From NCBI RefSeq assembly GCF_018977255.1, contig NW_024704742.1:113834001-113898000 (forward strand): a stretch of 64,000 bases of DNA, given 5' to 3'. The DNA is from Callorhinchus milii. Lineage: Eukaryota. Both the position numbers and the translations under genes were made by a program. Under the pieces are notes generated by a model. That model worked only from the letters and a program-made list of their open reading frames with translations, was not told the origin of the DNA and made no database searches. This document shows, piece by piece, positions 10,859 through 24,400 of the stretch; position 1 is the first letter of the stretch, and each line of letters opens with the position of its first letter.

Positions 10859-13800
10859 TCTATGACTAACTAGAATTATGAAGTTGACATGATATTATCT
10901 ATAGTAGCTCGCATTGTCCTCCTGCATTCATGGTCCTCTGAGGGCTTTTATGGGTTGCAGGTTTGTAAATCATCTTTAATCTATTGAAATGAAAAACAGT
11001 CGATTGTTTAATAATTCTTTTGCAATGAATACATTACAAAAGCTACTCCCTGTCAAAAAGACCACTAATACTACAAATATCACACCAGAGGAATCATCAG
11101 AGATGACTAGAGCAAGGACACTTTTGAACAGAGGCAGGCATATCCCCGTAGGGAACAAAAACCTGTAGTCATTGCCAAGCTGCTCATATATCTCTTTGAG
11201 ACCATCGGGTGAAGATTGGGAAAAGCTCATACATTGCCTATGAGCCGCAGAAGGAAGGGAAATTAAATAATGTGGAATTTGAAGGCTAACATATCGGTTC
11301 TATAAACCTTGACATTAATGAAGGAAATAAAATTGGAATTACCAATATTGCATAGGTTTTAAAAACCTTTTAGAAGGCAAGGTAAGGGTTCCACAGTTTT
11401 TTAAGCCCTGAGAAAGTAGGTGTAGGAAACTAACAAATCTTTATTTGAACATAGTGAGGATTCAGAGAGAGGAGGAAGATAGTGGTAGGGGAATGATGAG
11501 TTGTGATAAAATCAAATAAGGTAAAGTTTGCAATGGAGAACTCACCACACTTTTTTTCATCTTTGGGATCTAGTCTTAAATTCAGTCGAATATAGTAGAA
11601 TAAAATACACTGTAAGATGTATTTGAACAGTCTTAGTCCAGGTTCCAGCAAGGTTCAGTTTATAGAGGTCTGTAATTTTGAATGAATTGGCAATCTCATC
11701 AGAGAGCTGATCAGAATGTTTTAGGAAATAGAAAATGTCCCACTGTAGTGAGAGTACTGTAATCCCACTATTAGTCTGCATTTGGACAATGAGGTGACTA
11801 ACATTAGCATCTTTAATGCCTACACAAATGGAAAAGTGTTCCTGTACGTTTTTTTCAAAAAAAACACCAGCTCTACTTTTTTTTGAACGTGTGTAGAAGA
11901 GAGTGAGTCAGAAACTGAATCCTAATTGTCTTTAAAATATATTGATAATTTTATTTGTCAATAAGCACATCTTTTTTTCAGCACCATTACTAGTTCATTT
12001 TATCCGCTTGAAGGTGTGGTGTCCTAAGCTTCATACAGTACTGTAATAAACATCATTAATAGTGCAACCTTCAGCTTGCATAACTTCTTTCTGTTTATCA
12101 TAAGCCAAGTGATGTCTGTCTTGCAGCTTTTTTTAACGATTCAACTGAGACCACATCCAATTGCAGCAACTTTATCAAACTTACCAATCCTATATTGTAC
12201 AGGCAATTATCTTATCCTCAGTGTTTTACATTTATCCATATTACATTACTAACCAGCCCACTTACTCAGTCTGTTGATTTTGTTGCCTTTCTGTTTCTGT
12301 AATTTATATTGTTATTCCACAAAACTGTATGTCCTTTGCAAATTGACTGTTTAATTTCCCTTGTTGAAGCCACTCAAAATTACAAGGATGGTTTCTCTTA
12401 AGTAATGCGATTAGCTACTTCTCCCAGATCTAGTATGGCTATATACAATTTCTCTTTTTCTTATCAGCAAAATTGTGTTCAAAGTAATTCCATTCTTCTT
12501 CAGTTCTACTACCAGTGCAGTTGAATACTCTTGTCAAATGCCTTTTGAACATTCATAATACAGGATGGCTGTTATAATGTAGTGCTTTGGATTCATTAAT
12601 TAGACCCAAGTTATAATTGGTCCCCGAAAAGAAGGAACCAGTTATAATTTGGTCTACTTAATGAATTTAAAGCACGTTACTCCTGCCTCCAGGTCACAAT
12701 GTCACTTCTGCTGAGGCCTGCTGTCTTCCTGCACAGGAAGCCGGACAGTTTGTCGGGAATGTTTCTAACATTTCTAGTGACGGCTGACCAGCAAGCTTCC
12801 TGCACAGGAAGCTAGCCAGTTCACACCAGAAGTATACTTCACTTTAGGTAACCAAGGGTTCACGGAAAACCCACATTGCTAGATGTTAAATCAGGGTCCT
12901 ATCCATCTTTTTGGGTGGATGTTAATCATCCTGTAGCAGTGTCCAAAAAGACAAGGGAGTTAGTTTCTTCTGATATCTTGGTCAGCAATCTTTCAGGGAA
13001 AATTGGTCATTCACTTCATTGTTGTGCTCAGTTAACTCAAATTGACTGTCGCACTCACCTCCAAGTACACACAAAACAATGTACAATGCTTTGAAATGTT
13101 CTCAGTGTTACAGGCTTCAGAACAAATGCAAAGATCAAAGCAAACTCTCACTCTAGCAAGGTAATCCTAGAATCATAGAAACTTATGGCACAGAAGAAGG
13201 CCTTTTGGCCCATTGTGTTTGTGCTGACTCTTTTAAGAGCAATCTTTTCAGTTCTGTTTATCTGCCCTTGACAGCTGTGTCCACTTACCTTCCCACCTTT
13301 AAGAATTTAGGCCCCTCTCCCACTCCTTTTAAAATGTATCACTTAACACTCTTCCTTTCCTTCTTCCTCTCAAAATGTACAACCTCACATTTATCTGAAA
13401 TAACTTATCTGCCATTTGCCTGCCCAATCAACAAATCTGATCATGTCCCCCTGAAGTTGCTTACAATATTCTTCGCTGCTAGCTAGACCTATTTTGTGTC
13501 ATCTAGAAGCTTAGAAATTGTTCCCTGATACTGGAATCCGTATCATTTTTATAAATTAAAGAAAATCAGTTGTCCTAATACAAACTTAGTCACATGGTTC
13601 ATTTTGTTAAGTAGGTATGATTTGCTATTCATAAATAATGTGGGCATTGATTGTAAAGCTTTATGATAGGTAACCCTGAACTCCGGTGATGCTCTCATGT
13701 ATATTTGCAGCTAACAAACACACCTTTAATTCTCATGGCCTAAAATGATATAAATCTGTCCTTTTGTAAAATATCCTCCTCGCTTTTTACAAACCCTGAA

Positions 13801-14825
13801 TATTTTTGTCAAACCTTCCCAACAACTTTACTTATAAATGCCCAGGTACATAACCTTTTCTTTCTGTATTTTATCTACTCTCAACATGTTCAGCTTCTTA
13901 ATGGCTTTATATTCTAATAACTTGAGTACTTTTCGCATTCTGATGATGTGCCAGTGAACCTCAATTGTGGGATCATCCCACAATATTTCATTTTAATTAC
14001 AAGTGAAAAATCCATTTAAATTTTTACTAGCTTCAGTAAACTAAATTCTATACATGACATCTACTAACTTTGCAGAGTGCTATAAGTAGTGATATGTTTT
14101 TCATTTTTTAAAGTGAGTAAAATTACAGACCATGACAGTCTTGAAGTAAAGTAGACCTTTGTACAACGGAACAGATGGTTCTAGTATAATAACTTTGAGT
14201 ATCATATGAAGGTTTAAAGGCCACCCCATTGTGATCTGTAAGTTCTGGGGGGTTTTCATGAATGAACAAAGAAGCAAAGTTTCAGTGGCTAAAAACATTA
14301 GAAAATCATCTTAATCCACAATGCAAAGATTTGAAAAGGAATAAGAAAGTTGAAAGTTACAATGTTTAAAATCAACATTTAATAAATTTTGTTCAAAGTG
14401 CTCTAAATATTTTTCTTAAAATCATTTAAAGGGAAGTTTTTCGCAGCAAAGTTGGTTACAAAACTGCTCAACCTTTAGAGTAGTTTCATGTTTCTAATCT
14501 TGTGTTTAAAGGGAAATTTTAGGCCAGTGAGGTATCAGCCTGGTTCAATTCTTTCAGTCGAACCTCTGAAGGTTGTAGGTTCAAGTTCTACTTCAGAACT
14601 TTGAGCTCACAGTCCACGCGGACACTCCCAGTAGTGTGGTAGGGGAGTGCTGCATTGATGGAAGTGCTATCCTTCAGGCAAGACCTCGAAAAAAGAAGGG
14701 AAATTCTCCCAGTGTCCTGGCCAACATTCCCCCCCAAAAATTGGTCATTTACTTGATGGCTGTTTATGGGCATTGCTGTGCAGCAAACTACCTGCCACGT
14801 TGAGCTACAAAATAAAGAAACACTA

Positions 14826-15106
14826 AAGAAGAGGAGGAGAGGGGAGAGAGTGATTGAATGAGAGAGAGAGGAGAGTGTGTGTGTGAGAGATAGAGATGAG
14901 AGAGGAGGAGTGAGAGAGAGAGAGACAGACTGAGAGAGGGGGACAAGAGAGGGAGAGAACGAGAGTGAGAGAGAGAGAGGGTGAGGTTGAGAAAGATAAT
15001 GTCAGGGAGAAAGAAACCAAGAGAATGGAGGGCGAGAGCACGGAGTGTGAGAGAGGATAGAGTGTGTGTGAGAGAGAGGGGGAGTGAGAGAGTGAGTAAT
15101 TGAGAG
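14826..15106. repeat. GA-rich low-complexity tract
   Basis: Degenerate (GA)n/(GT)n adjoining the L2 tail. Confidence 0.85.
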
Positions 15107-18100
15107 AACAACAACAACAACAAGATTCCATTTATAGAGCGCCTTTCACGTCGGGAGGACGTCCCAAGGCGCTGTACAGTTGGGTCAGGACCCGAGCAGG
15201 AGGGAAATGGTCAGGGTGAGGGGAGGGAAGGGAGGGAGCGAGGAGGGGGTAGAGAGTCGAGAGGGGAGCTGAAGGCACGGTCAAAGAGAAAGGTCTTGAG
15301 ACCGGCCTTGAAGGAGGAAAGGGAGGAGGCGGCGAAGGCACTGGGGGATAGAGTTCCAGAGCCTCGGGGCTGAGAGGCTGAAGGCCCGGCCACCGATGGT
15401 AGGGCGGTTGGGGCGGGGGATATGGAGCAGACCGGAGCCAGAGGAACGGAGGGTACGGGCAGGTAGGTAGGGGGATAGTAGGTCAGAGAGGTAGGAGGGA
15501 GCAAGGCCGTGAATGGCCTTGTAGGTGAGGATGAGGATCTTGAATTCGATCCTCTGGGGGATGGGGAGCCAGTGGAGGCGAGCGAGGGTGGGAGTGATGT
15601 GGTGCGGGACAGTACACGAGCTGCAGAGTTCTGAATGACCTGCAGCTTGTGGAGGGAGGTGCCGGGAAGGCCGGCGAGGAGAGAGTTCCCATAGTCCAGC
15701 CTTGAGGTGATAAAGGCGTGGACCAAAGTTTCAGCAGCGTGAGGGGTGAGGTAGTGCCGTAGTCTGGCGATGTTCCGGAGGTGATGGAAGGCGGTGCCAG
15801 TTGTGGTGCGGATATGAGGGAGAAAGGACAGCTCAGGGTCGAACAGAACCCCGAGGTTCCTGACTGGCTTTGAGAGGTGGAGAGTGCAGCCTTGGATGCT
15901 GATGGTGTCAGCGCCTGAGGTGCGGAGGCGCTGACGTGAGCCAATCAGGAGGGCCTCAGTTTTTCGCACGTTGAGCTGAAGAAAGTTGTCTCTCGTCCAG
16001 GACTCGATGTCGGACAGGCAGCTGTCAGGACATCGGTGGTCGTGGAGTTGAGGGTAGAGGAGGAAAGGTAGAGTTGGGTGTCATCCGCATACATGTGGAA
16101 GTTAACCCCATGTCTGCGGATGATGTCACCAGGGGGAGCATATAGAGGGTGAAGAGGAGGGGACCGAGGACAGAGCCCTGAGGGACACCGCACGAGACAG
16201 TGCGGGGGCTGGAGGAAAAGCCATTCGTGGAAACAAAGTGAAGACGGTGGGAGAGGTACGACCTAAACCACTCAAGGACAGGGCCTTGAAGGTTGAGGTG
16301 GGAGGACAAGCGGTGGAGGAGGATAGCGTGGTCGACCGTATCGAATGCTGCCGATAGGTCGAGGAGGACGAGGAGGCAGAGGGAGCCCTGGTCACAGATG
16401 GTCAGGATGTCATTGGTGACCTTGACCAGGGCAGTTTCTGTGCTATGGGCAGCACGGAAACCCGACTGAAGGGGTTCGAATAATGAATGGGTGGAGAGGA
16501 AAGAGCGCAGCTGGGAGGCGACAACTCGTTCAAGGACCTTGGACAGGAAGGGGAGGTTGGAGATGGGCCGGTAGCTTGATAGCTGCGACGCATCAAGGGA
16601 GGGTTTTTTCAAGGTGGGAGTGATGGTGGCAGTTTTTAAGGGAATGGGAACAGAGCCAGAGGAGAGGGACAGGTTGACGATGTCTGTGATATGTGGGGCA
16701 AGAAAGTGGAGCTGGGAGATAAGGAGTGGAGTGGGGATGGGGTCAAGGGAGCAGGTGGTGGGTTTCAGGGATAGGATGAGTTTGGTGACAGAGGGTGGGG
16801 AAACGGGTACGAAAGTGTGTAGGGGAGGATGGGTAGGAGTCGGAGTGTGGGAGGGAGGGGGTGGGGTGTGGGTGGAAGTTGGAGGGGAAGTGACCGCGGA
16901 GCGAATTCCCTTGATTTTGGATTCAAGGAAATCCAGCATCTCCTCGCAGTGAAGGTTGGAGGAGATGACCTGCGCGGGGTGGCGGGGGGGACGGAGGAGT
17001 CGGGATGTGGTAGAAAACAGTAGCCTGGGGTTGTTCTTCGCCTCCAGGATTATCCTGGAGTAGAAGGACGACTTGGCCGAGGCTAGAGTGGAGCGGTAGA
17101 TTTTGAGGAGGTCCAGCCAGATTTGTCGGTGGACCGTTAGGCCAGATTTGACGCAGGTGCGTTCAGCGGCCCGCACCTGGCTCTTCAGTGAGCGGAGGTG
17201 GGTGGTGAACCAGGGGGAGGAGCGAGAGTAGGAGACAGTACGGGAGGTGATGGGGGCAAGAGTGTCGAGTGTGGAGGAGAGGGTGTTGTGGAGGAGGGTG
17301 AGAGGAGAAGAGGGGTCAGTGAGGGTTGAAGGCCAGAGGGAGAGGAGTTCAGAGGACTCCAAGGCAGCGGTTAGGGATTGTGGGGGTAACTTCTTCCAGG
17401 GGCGGTAGAAGATGGTGGTGGGTCTGGTGGAGGTGGGGAGGGGGGTGGAGGTGGTGAAGGAGATGAAGTGGTGGTCGGAGACGGCCTTGTCGGTGATAGT
17501 GACATCCGAGACACTGAGGCCCCGGGTGATCACCAAGTCGAGTGGGTGGCCGTGACTGTGAGTGGGGGAGTTGATGTGGAGGGAGAGGTTGAGCGAGGAG
17601 AGCAGGGAAGAGAAGTCTGAGGAGATGGAGCAGGAGGGGGTGAAGTGCAGGTTGAAGTCGCCCAGGATGATGAGGCGATCAGAGCAGAGGCAGAGAGATG
17701 TAAGAAGTGTCGAAATATCGGAGATGAAGGTGGGAGAGGTTTTGGGGGGCCGGTAGAGGAGGAGGATTTTAAGTGAGAGGAAGGAGGGGTGGGAGAGGGT
17801 GAGGTGCTCGAAAAAGGGGAAAGAGCCAGAGGAGTAGGGGGATAGGGCAAGTGGTGTCCTTGAGACAAGGGCTACACCACCGCCACGGCGGTTGGGGCGA
17901 GGGATGTGGTGGGAGGTGTAGCCGGGTGGTGTGGCCTCCGTGAGGGGGAAGGTGTCGCCTGGGGTGAGCCAGGTTTCCGTTAAGGCCATGATGTCAACAC
18001 TCTCATCAAGGATGAGATCGTTGATGACCAGGGCCTTGTTACAGAGGGAGCGGACATTTTGTAGTCCGATGTGGAGGGAGCGGTTGACAGAAGGGTGTGT

Positions 18101-18800
18101 GGGGAGGGGGGGGTCCAGGTTGTGAGGCAGGGGTGGGGGAAATGGGGATGAGGGAGGAGAGGTTGGCTCCCCGGGTCTGTGTCCGGGGTGGCTGGCGAGT
18201 GTGGTGGGGAATGGGGCAGTCGGTGTGGCTGCTGCTGGACAGCCAACGCCGAGTGCCACGGTGAGCCCGGCGGAGGATTCCCAGGCTGGAACAGAGGGAG
18301 GTTGTGGGAGGGTCAAGTGGGGATAGATGGCGAGAGGGACGGAGAGAGAAGAGGACAGAGCGGGAGAGATGCAGAGGAGGGAGAGTTGGGGGTAGAGAGG
18401 AGGGAGGAGGGAGGGAGGGGTTGAGGGGGCTCGGGTCAAAGCAGCAGCCATAGTGCGCACGGGGGAACCGGGAGCAAGCGGTCAGGTGGATGGCATTATC
18501 CCATAGGCTGGGGCTGGGGCAGCCAACCCAACAGGACCATGGTGGGCTCTGATGTGAGCCCTGGGAGGGGGGGGGAGGGCACAGAGGGGTCTTTTTTAGG
18601 GTTAGAACAAGAGAGTGTGTGTGAGAGGAGAGGGGGTTGAGAGTGATTGAGAAGGGGGTTAGTGATTGAGAGTGGAGGGGGGAGAGAGAAACAAAAAGTG
18701 AGAGAAAGAATTGAGGGCAGCGTTTTGTGGTTCACTGTCAGGACAGATGATCAGAGTTTCCCTAAGCCACTGCCGGGGGGACCAAGGACGGACACCGAGT
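15107..18800 (-). mobile_element. Near full-length L2-clade LINE (AP endonuclease + reverse transcriptase) in TMEM167A intron 2
   Basis: ORF 16025-18460 has endonuclease motifs (QNVRSL, LTETW, GGGVA, YRPP, GDFN, SDH) and RT motifs ([43 protein letters not shown]); YADD and the C-terminus lie in shifted frames; 3' (TTG)n tail. 5' boundary approximate. Confidence 0.93.
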
Positions 18801-21003
18801 GAGTTACCATGCAGTTTCCTCATAGAAAGCTTTCTCTTACCCTTGTGAAAAACATCTCTACGTCCTTCAATCCAACCTCCCTCCCCACCCTACCTCTGCG
18901 ACCTCTGACCCAGCCATTCTCTTTGCAGAGCAAACACCAGCTTGCTTCGTGTTCCCCCCCACCCTATGTGCCTCTCCATCGCCATTTTGCTCCTGCTCTC
19001 TGGAGCTCCATTCCTTGAGTCCCTCCAACTCGCTCTCTCTTTCAAGGCACATCAAGACCTAATTCTATGACCACGCTTTTAGTAATGTTTTCCCTTCCCA
19101 ATCCCATCTCCCTCAACTTCCACCCCCAGCTCAGGTGCCCAGTCGGCAGTGTTGAGCGCTTTGAGACGTCCTTACAACATGAAAAAAGTGTTGTGTAAAT
19201 GTTATGTTTCCAGAAGAGAAACACAAAGTATTGCTTATGTGGCCCACGGACCTTTCTCAAATAAGAAATCCGGCCAGTGGCAGCCAAAAGGTTGGACCAC
19301 CCTGATCTAGAAGATTGTTGGACAGGACACCAAGAGAAACTCCCTTCTCTTTTTAAATAAGATCATGGGATCTCTATCACCCACCTGATCAGTCAGTCGA
19401 TTCCTCAGTTCAGCATCTCATTTGAAAGACAGCACGTCAGGCAAATTAGTTTTCCATCAGGAAATCAGAGTCACAACCTCTTGATGATGCTTAATGCCCA
19501 GCAGGTATTTTGCAGCAGAATTGACAGAAATCGTGGAACAGATCAGCGGCAAATGACACATGGGAGATTTGGGACAGGAGATTGAGGGGTCCTTTAACAC
19601 ACAGAAATTCTGTGTATTTCTATTGCTGTCCAACATTTGGTGAATGACAAATCCTGCCAGTATCCTTTTTTTTAAAGAATTCTATCAGCACTGCGCTCCT
19701 ACTCTATATAAATGAAATTCTTGATTCCAAGTATTTTTCTTAGCACTGCAAAATAATTCTTTACACCCTCCTGGAACAAATTATATTAATTCTGCGTTGG
19801 TGATACTGGAATGTTCAGTATAATTTAAGAAGGGCTTTAAATTGTTTTGTTTTATTGTGTTTTACTATCTTTTATTGTGTCTATAGTCAATTCAGTATTC
19901 TATTTTAAGAAAGAAACTAGTTCAGTTGTGGCATTTAGATGATGTCCATCAACTCCTCAAATTTCTCTCATGGTTATGATGTAAAGTAACCTGAAACCCC
20001 TACAATAAATTATGGCCTTGTTGCCATCCATAATTCTGTATTTGTGCATATATTTCCAAACTATGTTGTGCTGCATTCGCCCCAAACAAATGGAAGGCAA
20101 GCAGTCTGAATTATTCATATGTGGTTCTTTTTAAAGGAAAGCCCCAAGTTATACAAGAGTTTCCTTGTAACATCACTCCACTTAAAAGATGAATGTGGAG
20201 TGTGTCCTATACACTAGATTTTACAGAATAAATTAAAGATGTACGTCACCGCAAACCGTGTTCTCTTTATTCAACTCCTTCAGACGTTTTTGTTTATAGC
20301 TTGATACAGTTAAATCTGGAGTTAATGGAGCTAATTGAGCTTTCCTTTATGTCTTATTTTGGCAGATTGGGAGTATGTCTACTTCTACTTCCTCTAACAG
20401 TAAAATGCCATTGTTGACTCTGGAGCTGCACATTGCATTAATGAGTCTGAAATTCTGGTTTGGCTATCCTTGACACTTCTCTCCTTGTCAATTCAACATA
20501 TGTGCCATCGCAAAACAAAGATCTATCTTTTACTTAATATAATTTCTATTGAATTGATGAATCATTTCTTGATTTATGTTTAAAAGAAAAATAACTTCTT
20601 GTTTGGATTCAACAATAATTACTAAAAGACACCAGTTATAATATAAATATATATAGAAGAAAGAATGTGACCTATTTGATCTGCTTTCTTTCATTCATAA
20701 TGTAACAATAGTAATGGTTAACGGTGCACATATTTCAGAATGATTCTCTTCACTGCCTTCCTACTTACTTGCATAAAATGTCACTTTTATTAGCAGGAAT
20801 GGAAGAATCCTTTCTAAAAATGGTTATTTTTGTGCATTAAAATTGTGCTTTAGATTTTAAGCTGTGGGATACAAATCTCAGGAATATAACCAGCCTGCCA
20901 TCCTCTTCTTCATAGAGACTCACATAACATTAACTTGAATTAAAATTGAAATTGTTATTGAAATGTAGTAATAACTGTGATGAACCTTTTTTTTCTTTCA
21001 CAG

Positions 21004-21038
21004 ACCTCTGGGGATATTTTGGAAGTGTGCCAGAATAG
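21004..21038 (+). CDS. TMEM167A: TMEM167A coding exon 3
   Basis: tttctttcacAG|A CCT CTG GGG ATA TTT TGG AAG TGT GCC AGA ATA G|GTaagg; 35 nt; phase-compatible with the flanking exons; (G)PLGIFWKCARI(G). Confidence 0.96.
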
Positions 21039-21253
21039 GTAAGGATAGCAAGCATCCTCTCTGCAAGGTTTAGTTACAAATATAATCTTTGAAGCGTACA
21101 TTTGGTGGGAAAGTTGCAGATAAAGGAGTACTTTTAAGATAAAATCTGTTGATTGCTTCTGTACATTTTTATGTGATGCTGAAAGTATTACTAAAATCGC
21201 AATAAAAAAAGTCTTTCTCTGCATCAGAAATATTAAATAAATTACCCTTGTTA

Positions 21254-21404
21254 GTAGGAATAGAAGTAAACCAGCACAAAAAGAATAGGGGAGATCGACA
21301 GGGCAATCACAACTATAATGTACGTATAAATACATTCTGAAATAGTTGTGATTGCCCTGTCGATTTCCCCTATTCTTTTTGTGCTGGTTTACTTCTATTC
21401 CTAC
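21254..21404. repeat. Long near-perfect inverted repeat
   Basis: Arms 21254-21316 and 21342-21404, 62/63 complementary, 25-nt spacer. Confidence 0.95.
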
Positions 21405-24400
21405 AATTTTCTTTTTAATGTGGGACACCATATTGTATTTTTGGTGCTTAAAAACGGGCATCATAAACTACGTTTGGCCCACAGAAATTCCATTTCGCCC
21501 TCAAATATAAATTCACTTTACGGTATATTCTGTGAAAACAAAAAACCTGAAAACTAGGAAGATTGGCAGACTGCATCAGAAATGTGGTCTGATCAATCCC
21601 TGGTAAAATATCCACATCTAAAGCAGGAAACGAGCATCTTGAATGAGTGAATTTGGTGGTGGTCTGGACTGAGCATCTACAACACCTTAAGAGTTAAAGT
21701 GGAAGGAAAAATCAGAAGTATTTTATGTACAAAACAATTTTCCCCTTCCCCACCAATTTTTAAAAAAAATGTAAGAGGCCTTTGTTTTAATTGTACTGGC
21801 TCCGAGGTGATGTGTTTGGCAACAGAACATCAGAATCGAGCCAGCCTTCTGTGGCAGTCTCGGTAGTCCGGTTCCTGAGCCAGGCGGTTCATAGTACTCC
21901 AGGGCATTGTTAATGACAGCATAGCCAGCCTGGCTCATCAGCAGGATTTGGAAGCGCAGATCAGTCACTTTTTGGGCAGGGAATCCTCCCACTCAGCTCC
22001 TGTTAACCCTGCAAGCCAAATCCCGAATGACAAGCAGCAGAAAGCTTGCCGGAAAGTGCTATCAATGGCAAGCTCGGCAGTCTTAGCTGGTTAGACTCCA
22101 GCAGTACCCCAAACGGGGTCCCTAAGCCTTGGCTCCTAGCACCTAATACTTTCCTGAATTAGATAAGCAGGACGCGTCCCTCCAGGGAGAGAGTACATTC
22201 CATTCCAACAATCTATCTCTGGGATTTCGATGTGAGGTGGGATGCATGGAATTCTCAGTTTGGTTTGGATTCTGGTTTGGTTTGGTTAAGCAATTTTCCG
22301 GATGTGTCAGACACCCCCAATTTTTTTTAACATTTTTACTATCTTAAGGCTCTGTTCCCCAAGCTGCTGTACACCTTGATATTTTTGGGGATACCTGTGT
22401 GAAACTTAATCTGTTATTTAAACCCTTGTGAACTCGATAAACAAAATTTTGAGGAGCTGTAACAGGCACAGATTGTAAATTAATGGACTGAATAGGTTTC
22501 CGTTTACAGGAACCTTAAACAGTTGGGAATAGTGGAGCACTTTCCTCTCTAAATCAAACTATTGAAGTCCATTTACGTCAACTAATAACAAAACCTCCTC
22601 TTCCACTGCCAGAGTAGCACCCGGTTTCAAAGGATTCATCTGTTTAGTGTACAGATAGTCTTAGCTTCCTGGTGCAATGAAAGAACTTAATTGTGCAATT
22701 CCCACTATTGCTCTTATTATTTGTATCGCACAAAAAATATAGTTTTTGGGTAGATTAATTACACTTTTAATTTGCTGCATGTACTAATATTCTTTAAAGG
22801 AATGGACATTTCTTATTTTATATAGTAGTTTTACTGTGTTTTATATCCAATGAAGTCTTTTCTATTAAAAATGCATGAATAAAATGGTAATGTTTGTCAT
22901 GGCAAGAATGTTTCTTTCAATCTGTAAATGCTGCAGGAGTTCTGTTTGTCATTTTTTTTCTCTTAAAATGACAAGATTACATTACTGAAGTATATAAATC
23001 TCTGTCTGCATATAGTCTAGAAAACTGGGGTGGGAGAGAGCTGTAAACATAAAACATTTTCCCACAGCACCTAGTGAAAAGTCTGGAGAAGCAAGTAGGG
23101 CATGTTTCCCTACACTGCTTATCCGTAGTCTAGCTAGAAGGGATGAATTTGAGACATAATTGTTATATGCGTGTGCTGCACCTGCTATTATGAAAACACA
23201 CTAAAGAGGCTTTGAAGCGCACAACCTTCCCCAGGCGCCATCGGAGATTGTGGGGAGGACATGGAAGAGAAATACAATACAAATTTACATTTATATCCTG
23301 CCTTTCGCGTCTGAAGGACGTCCCAAAGAACTCAGAAGTATTGGCAGGGTACGTGAACTGAGGATGGGAGGCCGGGATGGGGCGGTGGGGAGCTGAAAGC
23401 TCAACCTTGAGACTGACCTTCAAAAAGGATGAGGGAGGGATCGAGTTGGAGGGACTCTCGAATGGAGTTCCAGCGAGTTGGAGGAAAAAGGAAAAAAGTA
23501 TTGTTTCTTAGAAGAAATATTAATCTTCCAAAAAAAGTAAAATACATATATTGTACAGTAGTTGTAAGTCTTTATGCTGCACTGAAGTCAAGAATTATAG
23601 TCGGTTTGCAGGCTGTAAACTAGAATACCATTCCCAGCATACATAGCAAGACTTCTAACAGATGAAAGAACAACAGGATATTTTATCCTAAATATTCACA
23701 GCTGGTTAGATTATTAGTAAACCTCTTTAGAGGTGATCATTTTAAACTGCTAATTGACAGAAATGGAATGATGAGCCAAGCATTTTGTCACAAAGCCAAT
23801 CAGTGTATGTCTGATGATGTCTTTGATATAAATTACATTTGGCTATTTGGATCCTCTTCCAGCCACTGTTCAGCGCAGCTCCTTAACATTGCTCATGTCA
23901 TGCAAACAGTTAAATAGGATTTTACTCATTAGTTTGCTAGCTGGACATTTGGCATACATGGTGCATATTAGTCCAAATTAGGCAATGCAAGTTCTGCCTT
24001 TTGCTGTCCAAGACCAATTTTGTGATTTTAAGGCTTTTATTATTAAATAGAATATGATGTATGTTTTATATCTGACCAAGCTTTATTGTGCAACAAAAAT
24101 TTGTTATTTGGCAGCAAGTCTGCACTTTTTTCAGCTCACACAAATTGCTAGTATTTAATTAACTTCACATCAAAGTTGCATTACAATCACTCCACTGACA
24201 GTTAACTTTAATAAGGGCATTATTCTTCCACCTTCTTTGGCATGATATACTGTAATGGGCAGTTGCTTTTGTCAAGGACTTATTTAGCTGAGCATGCATT
24301 TCAGAGAATTCTGTGTTTGGGGAATGATAAATGCTAGAAATTGACTACACTGGACCTATTATTGCATATTGAGAAAAATGTGGACTCTGATCGCCTGCTA

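Noticed and set aside
20366..20397. Possible alternative exon reading DWEYVYFYFL*
   Set aside because: Needs phase 1, but TMEM167A exon 2 ends in phase 2; no other support.
20955..21464. 169-aa minus-strand ORF
   Set aside because: Antisense to TMEM167A exon 3, spans the inverted repeat, no recognisable domain.
23768..23815. ATGATGA...CTGA C/D-box-like pair
   Set aside because: Under 50 nt, no terminal stem or recognisable guide.
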